Origin: Thermoplasmata archaeon
GTDB taxonomy: Archaea; Thermoplasmatota; Thermoplasmata; Lutacidiplasmatales; UBA184
Assembly: GCA_037916495.1 (NCBI GenBank)
Contig: JBAIXP010000058.1
Span: 1-44,301 of the forward strand
Direction: 5' to 3'
Length of the DNA stretch: 44,301 bases
Part shown: positions 18,580 through 26,623 of the stretch, one piece after another
Numbering within the stretch: position 1 is the stretch's first letter
Layout of the letters: each line of letters begins with the position of its first letter
Notes under the pieces: generated by a model
Seen by the model: the letters and a program-made list of their open reading frames with translations, nothing else
Told to the model about the DNA's origin: nothing
The model's database searches: none
Program-made: the position numbers and the translations under genes

Positions 18580-18809
18580 GGGAGCCGTTCCGCATCCCCC
18601 TCCACCCCCCGAGCGGGCCGAGGGCTCAAGCGTCGCCGGAGGAGGACCTTGAGCCGAGGTTCTTCGACCGTCCCTGCTACGAGTTCAACCGGGGGCTCTC
18701 CCCCGGCCTCAACGACAAGTACTGCTCGCACTGCCGCCACTACCTCACGGCACGGTGCCCGCACATCGACGAGTTCCTCGAGGACGTGGACGATTTGAGT
18801 CCCGAGTGA
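18576..18809 (+). CDS. Hypothetical 77-aa 4-Cys protein coupled to lonB
   Basis: GTGA overlap with the lonB stop; C-x15-C-x2-C-x7-C; acidic C-terminus; G/C-ending codons; fills the gap to the next gene. Confidence 0.72.
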   Translation: MREPFRIPLHPPSGPRAQASPEEDLEPRFFDRPCYEFNRGLSPGLNDKYCSHCRHYLTARCPHIDEFLEDVDDLSPE

Positions 18810-18822
18810 TATCTCGGGGCCG

Positions 18823-19362
18823 GTGCGCGGTCTCCTCGTCGGTCGGTTCCAGCCGTTCCACACGGGTCACCTCGGCGTCGTCCGGACTATCCGGTCCGAG
18901 GCGCCCGACCGCGACCTCGTGGTCGTGATCGGGAGCGCCGAGGAGTCCTACACCTGGGAGAACCCGTTCACCGCGGGCGAGCGGTTCGAGATGGTGGAGC
19001 GGGCCTGCCGCGAGGCGGGGATCTCGGGGGTCACGGTCGTCCCGGTCGAGGACATCCGTCGCCACACCCAGTGGGTCGCCTACCTCGAGGGCCTCCTCCC
19101 TCCGTTCGACACCGTCTACACGAACAACCCGCTCACCCGGCTCCTCTTCGAGCGGGCGGGCTACGAGGTGAAGGCCCCTGCGTGGGTCGACCGGGGGCGC
19201 TTCGAGGGGGTCGCGATCCGCGAGCGGCTCGCGCAAGGGGAGGACCTGAAGGGACTCGTCCCACCCTCCGTCGCCGCCTACTTGGCCGAGATCGGCGCGG
19301 CGGCGCGCCTCGCCGCGCTCCGGCCCGGTCCTCCCGTCGTGCGCGCGCCCGGGCGGCCCTAG
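18823..19362 (+). CDS. nadM: Nicotinamide-nucleotide adenylyltransferase (archaeal NMNAT)
   Basis: GRFQPFHTGH, IGSAEES, NPFTAGERFEM, YTNNPL. Confidence 0.93.
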   Translation: MRGLLVGRFQPFHTGHLGVVRTIRSEAPDRDLVVVIGSAEESYTWENPFTAGERFEMVERACREAGISGVTVVPVEDIRRHTQWVAYLEGLLPPFDTVYTNNPLTRLLFERAGYEVKAPAWVDRGRFEGVAIRERLAQGEDLKGLVPPSVAAYLAEIGAAARLAALRPGPPVVRAPGRP

Positions 19363-19364
19363 CG

Positions 19365-20621
19365 ATGCCCGCGCCGTCCGACGCCCCGACGCCGGATCGG
19401 GCGCGCCGGCCGTTCCGGACCCTGCCGGAGTGGGTCGGCCCCGCCACCCGCCTCGTCCACGGAGGCCGACGACCCGACCTCAACGCGGGCTCGGTCGCGC
19501 CTCCGATCTACCAGACCTCGACGTTCCGCTTCCCCGGCGCGTTCTCCGAGGCCGCCCCCCATGGTGCCGTCTACCTCTACAGCCGCAATGCGAACCCGAC
19601 CGTGGAGGGCGTCGAGGAGCTCCTCCGCGGGCTCGAAGGAGGGGAGGCGGCGCGCCTCTTCGCCTCGGGGATGGGGGCGATCGCGTCGACGCTGCTCTCC
19701 CTCCTCGGCGCGGGTGACGAGCTCGTCGTCCCGTCCGGCGTCTACGGCGGGACCTCGGGCCTGGTGCGCGACGTCCTCCCCCGCTTCGGGATCCGGGTCC
19801 GCGAGTTCTCCGACCGGACGCCGGTGGAGCCCGAGGCGCTCCTCGGACCGGAAACGAAGGTGGTGCTGCTCGAGACGCCGACCAACCCGACCCTGCGCGT
19901 CTACGACCTCGCCCGCTGGGCGGAGGCGGCGCACGCCCGCTCGGCGCGGCTCGTGGTCGACAACACCATCGCAAGTCCCGTGAACCAGAACCCGCTCGCC
20001 CTCGGGGCCGACCTGGTCGTCCACAGCGCCACCAAGTACCTGGGCGGCCACGCGGACCTCACCGCGGGCGTCGTGGTCGGCTCCTCGGAGCTCGTCGGCC
20101 GGGTCGACCCTCACCAGGTCCTCGGGACGCCGCTCGACCCGTTTGCGGCGTTCCTCCTCCACCGGAGCCTGACGACCCTCCCGCTCCGGGTCGGCCGGAT
20201 CAACTCGAACGCCGTCGCGGTGGCGGCCGCGCTCGCCCGGGAGGAGAACGTCGTGCGCGTGCATTACCCGGGCCGCGCGAGCCCCGAGGAGGAGGCCGTG
20301 GCGGCGCGGCAGATGCGGGGTCGCGGGGGCCTCGTCTCGGTCTCGCTCCGGGGCGGGGCCGGGGCGTCGGACCGGTTCCTCTCCGCCCTCGAGATCTTCG
20401 AGGTCGCCTCGAGCTTCGGCGGGGTCGAGAGCCTCGCCTCGCTCCCGCGGTCGACCTCGCACCGCCACTTGAGTCCGCGCGAGCGCGAGGAGCGCGGGAT
20501 CGACGACGGGTTCGTCCGCCTCTCGGTCGGGATCGAGGACGAACCCGACCTCGTGCGCGACGTCGTCGGGGCCGCTCGGGCGGCCGCCGAAGGCGCGGGT
20601 CCTAAAAGGTCAGCATTATAG
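19365..20621 (+). CDS. Cys/Met metabolism PLP enzyme (cystathionine gamma-synthase/lyase or Met gamma-lyase family)
   Basis: [38 protein letters not shown]-Lys motif [18 protein letters not shown]. Confidence 0.92.
   Translation: MPAPSDAPTPDRARRPFRTLPEWVGPATRLVHGGRRPDLNAGSVAPPIYQTSTFRFPGAFSEAAPHGAVYLYSRNANPTVEGVEELLRGLEGGEAARLFASGMGAIASTLLSLLGAGDELVVPSGVYGGTSGLVRDVLPRFGIRVREFSDRTPVEPEALLGPETKVVLLETPTNPTLRVYDLARWAEAAHARSARLVVDNTIASPVNQNPLALGADLVVHSATKYLGGHADLTAGVVVGSSELVGRVDPHQVLGTPLDPFAAFLLHRSLTTLPLRVGRINSNAVAVAAALAREENVVRVHYPGRASPEEEAVAARQMRGRGGLVSVSLRGGAGASDRFLSALEIFEVASSFGGVESLASLPRSTSHRHLSPREREERGIDDGFVRLSVGIEDEPDLVRDVVGAARAAAEGAGPKRSAL
20616..20620 (+). promoter_or_regulatory. TATA-like box (TTATA) for tRNA-Thr, overlapping the upstream gene's last codons
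   Basis: About 27-30 nt before the tRNA 5' end, with purine-rich TAAAAGG upstream (BRE-like). Confidence 0.6.
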
Positions 20622-20646
20622 TCCGCCCCTCTTCGGCCTGAGGGAC

Positions 20647-20719
20647 GCCACCGTAGCTCAGTCGGCAGAGCGGCTGATTCGTAATCAGCAGGCCGGGGGT
20701 TCAAGTCCCTCCGGTGGCT
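20647..20719 (+). tRNA. tRNA-Thr (CGT)
   Basis: GCCACCG/CGGTGGC acceptor, GCTC/GAGC D-stem, GCTGA-TTCGTAA-TCAGC anticodon arm, GGTTCAAGTCC T-arm; pyrimidine tract downstream. Confidence 0.97.
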
Positions 20720-20791
20720 CTTTCTCCCGCGCGCGAGCGACCGGCTCGGAAACGTCGCGCGGCACCCTTGCGGGGCAGCCGCCCCCGGGCC

Positions 20792-21574
20792 CTATCGTTT
20801 CGGCCGAGGGCCGGGGCGCGCGAGGCGGACCGCTGCCTCGTTCGCGACGGCGATCGCGTTCTCCTCGCCTCGGGGGATCGGCTCGCCGCCGTCGCCGTCC
20901 GGGAAGACGGCGCAGACGGCCCCGGCCGCGAGCCCGTAGAGCCGCGCGAGGGTGAGGACGACGCTCGTCTCCATCTCGATGTTAAGGATTCCGAGGGCAC
21001 GGAGCTCCGCGATCGAGTGGGCCCCCTCGGACGGGGGGAGGGGCCGGATCCCCTGGCGGCCCTGGGAGAGGTGGAACGTCTCGACCGTCGCCGTGATGCC
21101 GGTCCGGTAGCGCACGCCGAGCGAGTCGGCCGCGTCGACCAGGGCCCGGAAGACGGCCGGATCCGCCACGGCAGGGAACCCCTCCGCGACGTAGACCCGG
21201 CTCGTGGATTCATATCGGGCGGCGGCGAGGGAGATGGCGAGGTCGCCTCCGCGGAGCCGAGGGTCGATCGGCCCCGAGCTGCCGACCCGGAGGAGGGTGC
21301 GCACGCCCAGCTGGGCGAGCTCCTCGACCACGATCGCCGCCGACGGTCCGCCGATCCCCGCCGAGACGACCCCGAGGGGAACGCCGCGGTAACGTCCCCG
21401 GAGGCTGCGAAACTCACGGCTGTCGTGGAGCGACTCCGACGAATCCCACGCGGCCGCGATCCGCTCGGCGCGCGCCGGATCCCCCGGCAGCAGCACCGTC
21501 GGAGGAAGCTCGCCCGGCCGGGCCTTGAGGTGGTAGACGGGTCGCCCCCGCCCGCTCGCTCGGCGGTTGGCCAT
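20792..21574 (-). CDS. udp: Uridine/nucleoside phosphorylase (PNP/UDP family 1)
   Basis: YHL...VLLPGDPARAERIA, REF, GIGGPSAAIVVEEL, RVGSSG and NIEME motifs. Confidence 0.9.
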   Translation of the reverse strand: MANRRASGRGRPVYHLKARPGELPPTVLLPGDPARAERIAAAWDSSESLHDSREFRSLRGRYRGVPLGVVSAGIGGPSAAIVVEELAQLGVRTLLRVGSSGPIDPRLRGGDLAISLAAARYESTSRVYVAEGFPAVADPAVFRALVDAADSLGVRYRTGITATVETFHLSQGRQGIRPLPPSEGAHSIAELRALGILNIEMETSVVLTLARLYGLAAGAVCAVFPDGDGGEPIPRGEENAIAVANEAAVRLARPGPRPKR

Positions 21575-21661
21575 GCGGGCTCGAGGCCCTCGGGTCTCTA
21601 AAGCGCGGCGCCCGCCGGCCCGCGCCGACCGTAAAGAACCCTTCACCGAGGGGGGAAAAGG

Positions 21662-21906
21662 CCGGGAGGTCGTCCCTCTCTTCGGGAGCGGGACAATATC
21701 CAAGGCCGCCCGTCGGGACCGGAGGGCTCCCCAGGAGGGACGGGTCCCGAAGGTGGACCATGGGCGGCGAAGGTCCCGCTCCCACCCCAAGAACGGTTCG
21801 GAGTTCACCGCGCCGCGGTTCCCGTTCACGGCACCGCCACGACGGGGCCCTACGCGATCGGACCCTCGGCCGCCGGTAGGTCGCCGAAGGGAAGGACCGA
21901 CCCCGG
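21662..21906. ncRNA. Candidate structured non-coding element (~245 nt)
   Basis: Terminal imperfect helix 21662-21685/21884-21906 encloses a perfect 11-bp helix 21684-21694/21773-21783 and further nested stems. No credible ORF. Confidence 0.4.
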
Positions 21907-21921
21907 AGGGGCCGGGGAGGC

Positions 21922-22392
21922 CTACGCGCCGGCGACCGTCGCCTCGACGATCCGAACCGCGGAGTTCGGCCGGTCGTTCCGGTCGCGCGGGACCGCGGCG
22001 ATCTTCTCCGCGACGTCCTGGCCGCCGCGGAGGCGGCCGAAGATCGCGTGCTTGTTGTCCAGCCACGGTGTCGGGGCGAGGGTGATGAAGAACTGGCTGC
22101 CGCCGGTGTTCGGTCCCGCGTTCGCCATCGAGACGACCCCGGGGCCCTCGTGGCGGAGTCCCGCGCCGAACTCGTCCGGGATGACGTAGCCCGGACCGCC
22201 CGTGCCGTCGCCCTTCGGGCACCCCGTCTGGATCATGAACCCCGGGATGACGCGGTGGAAGGAGAGGCCGGTGTAGAACCCCTTGCGGACCAGGGTCAGA
22301 AAGTTCTCCGCGGTCTTCGGGGCGCGGTCCCGCAGGACCTCGATCCGCAGGTCGCCGAGCGTCGTCCGGAGCGTAACGGTCGGGTTCGCCAT
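21922..22392 (-). CDS. ppiA: Cyclophilin-type peptidyl-prolyl isomerase
   Basis: APKTAENF, FHRVIPGFMIQTG, SMANAGPNTGGSQFFIT, WLDNKHAIFG. Confidence 0.96.
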   Translation of the reverse strand: MANPTVTLRTTLGDLRIEVLRDRAPKTAENFLTLVRKGFYTGLSFHRVIPGFMIQTGCPKGDGTGGPGYVIPDEFGAGLRHEGPGVVSMANAGPNTGGSQFFITLAPTPWLDNKHAIFGRLRGGQDVAEKIAAVPRDRNDRPNSAVRIVEATVAGA

Positions 22393-22515
22393 GGCGCCAC
22401 CACCCCCGCTCGGACGAAAAAGGAGACGGAGGGTTGCGCGCGGTCCGACCGTTTTATCAGGGAGGGGACCGGATAGTGGGTACGAGCTGGCGCACCGCCG
22501 GTCGCCGAACTCCGA

Positions 22516-23028
22516 ATGAACCGATCTCTCGCCTACGCCGGGGTCGGACTCGTGCTGAGCGGGGTCGCCATGGTCGCCTCGCCGATCGTCCTCACCGGAC
22601 GGGAGACGCTCACCCTCGCCGCGCTCGCCGGCCTCGTGCTGGCACCCGTCGGCCTCGCGGTCGTCGGGATCGGGGCCGTCTCGTTCGACCCGCACCGCAC
22701 GACCGTGCACACGGCCTTCGGGGACGACGACCGCCCGGTTCGCCCGCACGGCCGCTCGGTGCCGGCCGTTGCTCCGGGCGTCCGCCTCGCGAATCCGAAG
22801 GCGCCCGTCCGGTGCGCGAACTGCCGGACGATCATGACCTACGAGCTCGCCCGCTGCCCGCGGTGCGCCCAGGACCGACCGTGCCGCGCCTGCGGCCGGC
22901 CTCTCCTTCCCCACGAGGACGGAGCCGCCTGCCCGTCGTGCGGGAGGTCGGAGCTTTTCTGCAACTGCCCTTGGCAGTCGAGCCCGGTGAGGCGCGAGAG
23001 GGTGGGCCGTGGGGGGCGAAGGCGCTAG
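22516..23028 (+). CDS. Membrane protein with C-terminal multi-CxxC (double zinc ribbon) region
   Basis: Two N-terminal hydrophobic helices; CANC, CPRC, CRAC, CPSC and CNC. Confidence 0.75.
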   Translation: MNRSLAYAGVGLVLSGVAMVASPIVLTGRETLTLAALAGLVLAPVGLAVVGIGAVSFDPHRTTVHTAFGDDDRPVRPHGRSVPAVAPGVRLANPKAPVRCANCRTIMTYELARCPRCAQDRPCRACGRPLLPHEDGAACPSCGRSELFCNCPWQSSPVRRERVGRGGRRR

Positions 23029-23590
23029 ACGGGTCGACGACCGGGAGCTCCCGCGAGGGGTCGCGACCCCTCCGACGGGGGCCGTCGTGGTGAACTTCGA
23101 CGGGGCCTGCGAGCCGGCGCGCGGCGGGGGCATCGCGACGTACGGCTTCACGGTCCGCGGCGCGGGGCTCCTCCACGAGGACCACGGGCTCGCCGTCCCT
23201 CCCTTCCACGAGCGGGCCACGAACAACGTCGCGGAGTACGTGGCGGCGATCTGCGCGCTCGAATGGCTGGTGAAGGCCGGTTACACCGGCGAGGTCGTCG
23301 TGGAGGGGGACAGCCAGCTCATCGTCCGCCAGATGAACGGCGAGTACGAGGTCCGCGCAGAGCACCTTCGCCCGTACCACGAGCGCCTCCACCAGCTCGC
23401 GGCGCGGTTCGCGCGCGTCGAGTTCCGCTGGGTCCCCCGCGAGGAGAACACTCGGGCGGACGAGCTGTCGAAGATGGCGATCGAGGGGGCCCGCCAAGGG
23501 CTCCGTGGGGGGCGGACCGCCCTGTCGGGGTCGGGGGGACCCGGTCAGTCGGAGGACGACCCGCCGGGCGGACCCCAGCGGACCGTGTAG
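23009..23590 (+). CDS. rnhA: Ribonuclease HI (archaeal type)
   Basis: DEDD residues in NFDGAC, TNNVAEY, EGDSQL and WVPREENTRADELS. Start uncertain. Confidence 0.92.
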   Translation: MGGEGARRVDDRELPRGVATPPTGAVVVNFDGACEPARGGGIATYGFTVRGAGLLHEDHGLAVPPFHERATNNVAEYVAAICALEWLVKAGYTGEVVVEGDSQLIVRQMNGEYEVRAEHLRPYHERLHQLAARFARVEFRWVPREENTRADELSKMAIEGARQGLRGGRTALSGSGGPGQSEDDPPGGPQRTV

Positions 23591-23784
23591 ACGAGGGTTC
23601 TTCCCTCGATCGCCGCACGCGCCCGGGCCGAGTCGACGTACGTGGCGAACGCCGCCGCGGCGTCGGGGGAGAGGCGTGGGGGGATCCCGTAGCCGCGGGG
23701 GGTCCCGATCCCGAGCGTAGCCGGTACGCGCCGTACGTTCGGTCGGAGGGGGGCGGAGAGCGCCTCGAACTCGTCGGCCGTCAC
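23545..23784 (-). CDS. Hypothetical 79-aa protein (second of a two-peptide pair)
   Basis: GTG overlaps the upstream TGA (GTGA at 23781-23784); MTADEFEALSAPLRP...LVYTVRW; G/C-rich third positions. Confidence 0.55.
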   Translation of the reverse strand: MTADEFEALSAPLRPNVRRVPATLGIGTPRGYGIPPRLSPDAAAAFATYVDSARARAAIEGRTLVYTVRWGPPGGSSSD

Positions 23785-23939
23785 GTCCGCATCGCCCAGG
23801 AAGGGAGGTCGGCCGCCGCGGGGCCGTCGGTGAGCGGCCCGTTCGAACACGGAACCGCCGCGAGCATCGTCTCGGAGAGCTCCCCCGCCTCGATCGGCAG
23901 CGCCGCAATCATCGGCCAGGTAAGCGGGTTGTCCGACAC
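23781..23939 (-). CDS. Hypothetical 52-aa peptide
   Basis: GTG preceded by GAGGA, with TTTATG about 33 nt upstream; MSDNPLTWPMIAALPIEAGELSETMLAAVPC...; G/C-rich third positions. Confidence 0.5.
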   Translation of the reverse strand: MSDNPLTWPMIAALPIEAGELSETMLAAVPCSNGPLTDGPAAADLPSWAMRT

Positions 23940-23977
23940 GTCCTCTGATGGCGTGTCAGACGTACGTCGTACATAAA
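23931..23977 (-). promoter_or_regulatory. TATA-like box (TTTATG, 23972-23977) plus 10-bp inverted repeat operator candidate
   Basis: GTCCGACACG-N11-CGTGTCAGAC (9/10 match) straddles the expected TSS and start codon. Confidence 0.45.
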
Positions 23978-24187
23978 CCCGGAGTTCCACTGGAAGAGGA
24001 GGGGTCTCCGGCCCGACTTCTGACGTGGAACGAAGGTCGAAGTGTGGCGGACAACGGGCGGACCAAGGTACCGTTGGGGCGGCGCCGGCGCGGGGAGCTC
24101 CCCGCTCCCCCCCTCCCCCCCTCGGGCGAGTGGGGCTCCGCCGCGCCGGCGAGTTAAGGGTCCCCGCCGTGCGCGCGCAGGGGCCGC

Positions 24188-24406
24188 GTGCGCGAAGCGG
24201 ACGCCCGGAGGGAGCCGGCGGAGCTCCTGGCGGCGGCGGAATCGGAGCTCACGGACCTCGCGGTGGAGCCGCGGCGGGCCGAGTGGGTCTACGCGACCTA
24301 GGTGGGCCACGACACCGACATCCTCAGCTCGGCAGCGGCCGCGCGCGTCATCTCGGAGACGGTGCGGCACGCGCCGGCGGCCCACTTCGCGCGGGTCTCA
24401 CGGTGA
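24188..24406 (+). pseudogene. Remnant N-terminus of an M2 (ACE-like peptidyl-dipeptidase) metallopeptidase
   Basis: Reads ELLAAAESELTDLAVEPRRAEWVYAT*VGHDTDILSSAAAARVI with in-frame TAG at 24299 and TGA at 24404. TTAAG promoter about 30 nt upstream; no HEXXH domain follows. Confidence 0.55.
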
Positions 24407-24451
24407 CCGGACGAGGAGGACCCCGCCGGACCGTCCGCGGGCCGAACGGGA

Positions 24452-25069
24452 TCAGTTGGGGAACGGCCCGGGTCCGGGCTCGCGAGCGAACGACCGGACA
24501 AAGCTGCCCGCTCCTGCCGGAGGACCGCGGCTGCGCAGCGCCTCGACCGCGTGGAACAAGAGCTCGTAGGCCGCCTCTTCCGCTTCGCCCGGGTCGAGGT
24601 CCATCGCACGCTCGGGGACCTGCACGCGGAGCCGGCCCGCCCGGGCACCGAGGAGGACGAGGCCCCCGCCCGCTCGCGGGGCCCAGGCGAGCAGGAGCTC
24701 GTCCGGCCGGTCGATCACGCCGACCCACCGGAGCGAGCCGAACCACCGTGCGGAGAGGCGCTCGACGAGCGCCGTCGGCGAGAATCCCGCCGGCAGCTCG
24801 ACCTCGGCGACGGTCCGCAGCGTCGTCCCGGCCCCCTCCCGATCGGTCCGGGGCTCGGGGGGCGGGAGCGCCCGGTACCCTCCGTGGACCCGGATCACGA
24901 GCCCCTCCCGTTCGAGGCGGCGGAGGGCCCGCGCGAGCGATTCGGGGTGCGCGTCCAGTACCCGTCGGAGCCCGTTGAACGCGATCTCGCCCGGAAGGTC
25001 CTGAAGGGCCGCGAGGATCCGCTCGTCGAGCCGGCCCGCGGGGGCTGCAGTGTCCGTCGACCCTCCCAT
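24452..25069 (-). CDS. Winged-helix HTH domain protein (putative regulator)
   Basis: DERILAALQ...IAFNGLRRVLDAHPESLARALRRLEREGLVIRVHGGY wHTH pattern; unknown C-terminal domain. Confidence 0.72.
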   Translation of the reverse strand: MGGSTDTAAPAGRLDERILAALQDLPGEIAFNGLRRVLDAHPESLARALRRLEREGLVIRVHGGYRALPPPEPRTDREGAGTTLRTVAEVELPAGFSPTALVERLSARWFGSLRWVGVIDRPDELLLAWAPRAGGGLVLLGARAGRLRVQVPERAMDLDPGEAEEAAYELLFHAVEALRSRGPPAGAGSFVRSFAREPGPGPFPN

Positions 25070-25236
25070 CGACCCAGCGAGAGGGGCTCGGCTCTTAGCC
25101 CGTCGGTTACGCGCGCGTAACGGACCTCCGCCGGCCGCCTACCAGCCGGAGGGGGGCCGTGAGCGGGGCGCGAACAACCCGGTCAATATCCTCGACCTTC
25201 GGCTGGCGACCGGACGAGGACGGACGAGGTGGGACG

Positions 25237-25491
25237 ATGACGCACGAGACGATCGGAGAGCACCCGAGCGGAACGCACTACGGCCCGTGGGTCTGGACGG
25301 CCTATCGGGCGTACAACGAGCTCCTGCGCGAGAAGGTGAAGAAGCGGTTCGACGCGCGCGAGGGGCCGTGGATGGACCAGGTCGCCGACCTCCTGGTCGA
25401 GATCGTGAACGCACGATGGGAAGGCGGACGCAAGAAGGAGAAGGAGGTCGAGGAACTCTACGCGAAGCTCGACCGCCTCCTCGCGGAGTGA
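25237..25491 (+). CDS. Hypothetical 84-aa helical protein
   Basis: GAGGTG SD-like site, typical codon usage; AYRAYNELLREKVKKRFDAREGPWMDQVADLLVE. Confidence 0.75.
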   Translation: MTHETIGEHPSGTHYGPWVWTAYRAYNELLREKVKKRFDAREGPWMDQVADLLVEIVNARWEGGRKKEKEVEELYAKLDRLLAE

Positions 25492-25601
25492 GCGTGCCTG
25501 CCACACCGGTCCCTCCGCACTTCCCTGCTCCTCCCGCCGGCCCCCGGCCGGGCGGGCCGGGCGGGCTGTAAGCGCGCCCCCCGACTCCTTTCGGAGGCAA
25601 G

Positions 25602-26561
25602 GTGGGGCTCAGCGACGTCGAGCGGGAGGTCGTCGCGGCGGTCGAGCAGATCGCCCCGAGCGTCGCGCTCGTGGAAACGGTCCGTCCGGCCCGGGGACGC
25701 CGCGGGGAGGTCTTCCGGGTGCCGGCCCAGGCGACCGCGCTCGCCATCGAGCCGGACGGCCTCCTCGTCACCAACCAGCACGTGGTGGAGGAGGCGCGCT
25801 CGGTCCGCGTCACGCTCGCCGACGGCCGGGCGCTCGACGCCCGGGTCCTGGGCGGGGACGCGGTGACGGACCTCGCCGTGCTCCGGGTCGCCGCCTCGGA
25901 CCTCTCCGCCGCCCCGCTCGGCGACTCGGACGCGCTCAAGGTCGGCCAGTTCGTGCTGGCGGTCGGTAACGCCCTCGGCCTCCCCGGAGGGCCCACCGTG
26001 TCGCTCGGGACCGTGAGCGCCCTTGGCCGCCCGCTCCCGGGTTCGGACTTCGTCTTCGAGGGGCTCATCCAGACGGACGCGGCGATCAACCCGGGCAACA
26101 GCGGCGGCCCCCTGGTCGACCTTCGGGGCGCCGTCGTCGGCATCAACTCCTCGATGGCGGCGTTCGCCCAAGGGGTCGGCTTCGCGATCCCGATCCGGGC
26201 GGTGCGCCGCATCGGGAAGGAGCTCGCGACGACCGGCCGGGTCGTCCGACCGTGGGTCGGGGTCTCCGTCACCGAGATCGGGGAGGCGCTGGCCCGGACC
26301 CACCGCCTCCCCCCGCGCTCGGGGCTGTTCGTTGCCGAGGTCGTGCCCCGCTCCCCCGCGCACCGCGCCGGTGTAAAGCCCGGCGATATCGTCACGCGAG
26401 TCGGCCCGTTCGAGGTGCGCACCGTGCGCGACCTCCTCGAGTCGCTCGCCAAGTTCCCGGTCGGCTCGGAGGTCGCGGTGAGCCTCCTGCGCCGCGGCGC
26501 GTCGCTCGCGACGCTGGTCCCCCTCGCGGCGGCGCCCCCGTCTCTGGAGGCCCGGGCGTAG
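25602..26561 (+). CDS. HtrA/DegP-family serine protease with PDZ domain (no signal peptide)
   Basis: Catalytic triad motifs TNQHVV, TDLAVL and IQTDAAINPGNSGGPL; C-terminal PDZ (SPAHRAGVKPGD). Confidence 0.93.
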   Translation: MGLSDVEREVVAAVEQIAPSVALVETVRPARGRRGEVFRVPAQATALAIEPDGLLVTNQHVVEEARSVRVTLADGRALDARVLGGDAVTDLAVLRVAASDLSAAPLGDSDALKVGQFVLAVGNALGLPGGPTVSLGTVSALGRPLPGSDFVFEGLIQTDAAINPGNSGGPLVDLRGAVVGINSSMAAFAQGVGFAIPIRAVRRIGKELATTGRVVRPWVGVSVTEIGEALARTHRLPPRSGLFVAEVVPRSPAHRAGVKPGDIVTRVGPFEVRTVRDLLESLAKFPVGSEVAVSLLRRGASLATLVPLAAAPPSLEARA

Positions 26562-26623
26562 GCGGCTCGCGGCCGGCCGGGCCCGCTCCGGGCTATATCC
26601 CGAGTCGCCTCTCTCTTTGCGCG

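Noticed and set aside
21620-21915. Identification as RNase P RNA, SRP RNA, 5S rRNA, tmRNA or H/ACA guide
   Set aside because: Neither strand shows the GAGGAA-N-UCC/ACAGAA pair, the SRP helix-8 CAGG-GNRA-AGCA motif, a T-loop, or an ACA box after the long stem. Kept only as an unassigned candidate.
20792-23226. Apparent long N-terminal extensions or fusions of udp (to 22222) and cyclophilin (to 23226); likewise uvrC, dinB, moaA, msrA and YHS in the ORF track
   Set aside because: These are artefacts of choosing the most upstream start. Family homology begins at internal starts, several with TATA-like boxes 25-35 nt upstream.
24014-24039. HDV-like ribozyme (TTCCACGT on the minus strand resembles an L3 loop)
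   Set aside because: The flanking bases cannot form P3, and no P1/P1.1/P2 arrangement could be built.
24299-24301. In-frame TAG as pyrrolysine or amber recoding
   Set aside because: TAG terminates most genes in the window at their expected ends, no pyl genes or tRNA-Pyl are seen, and the frame is truncated 35 codons later anyway.
20647-25100. Genomic island integrated at tRNA-Thr
   Set aside because: No integrase and no duplicated tRNA 3' end were found, and the downstream genes (udp, ppiA, rnhA) are housekeeping with normal codon style.
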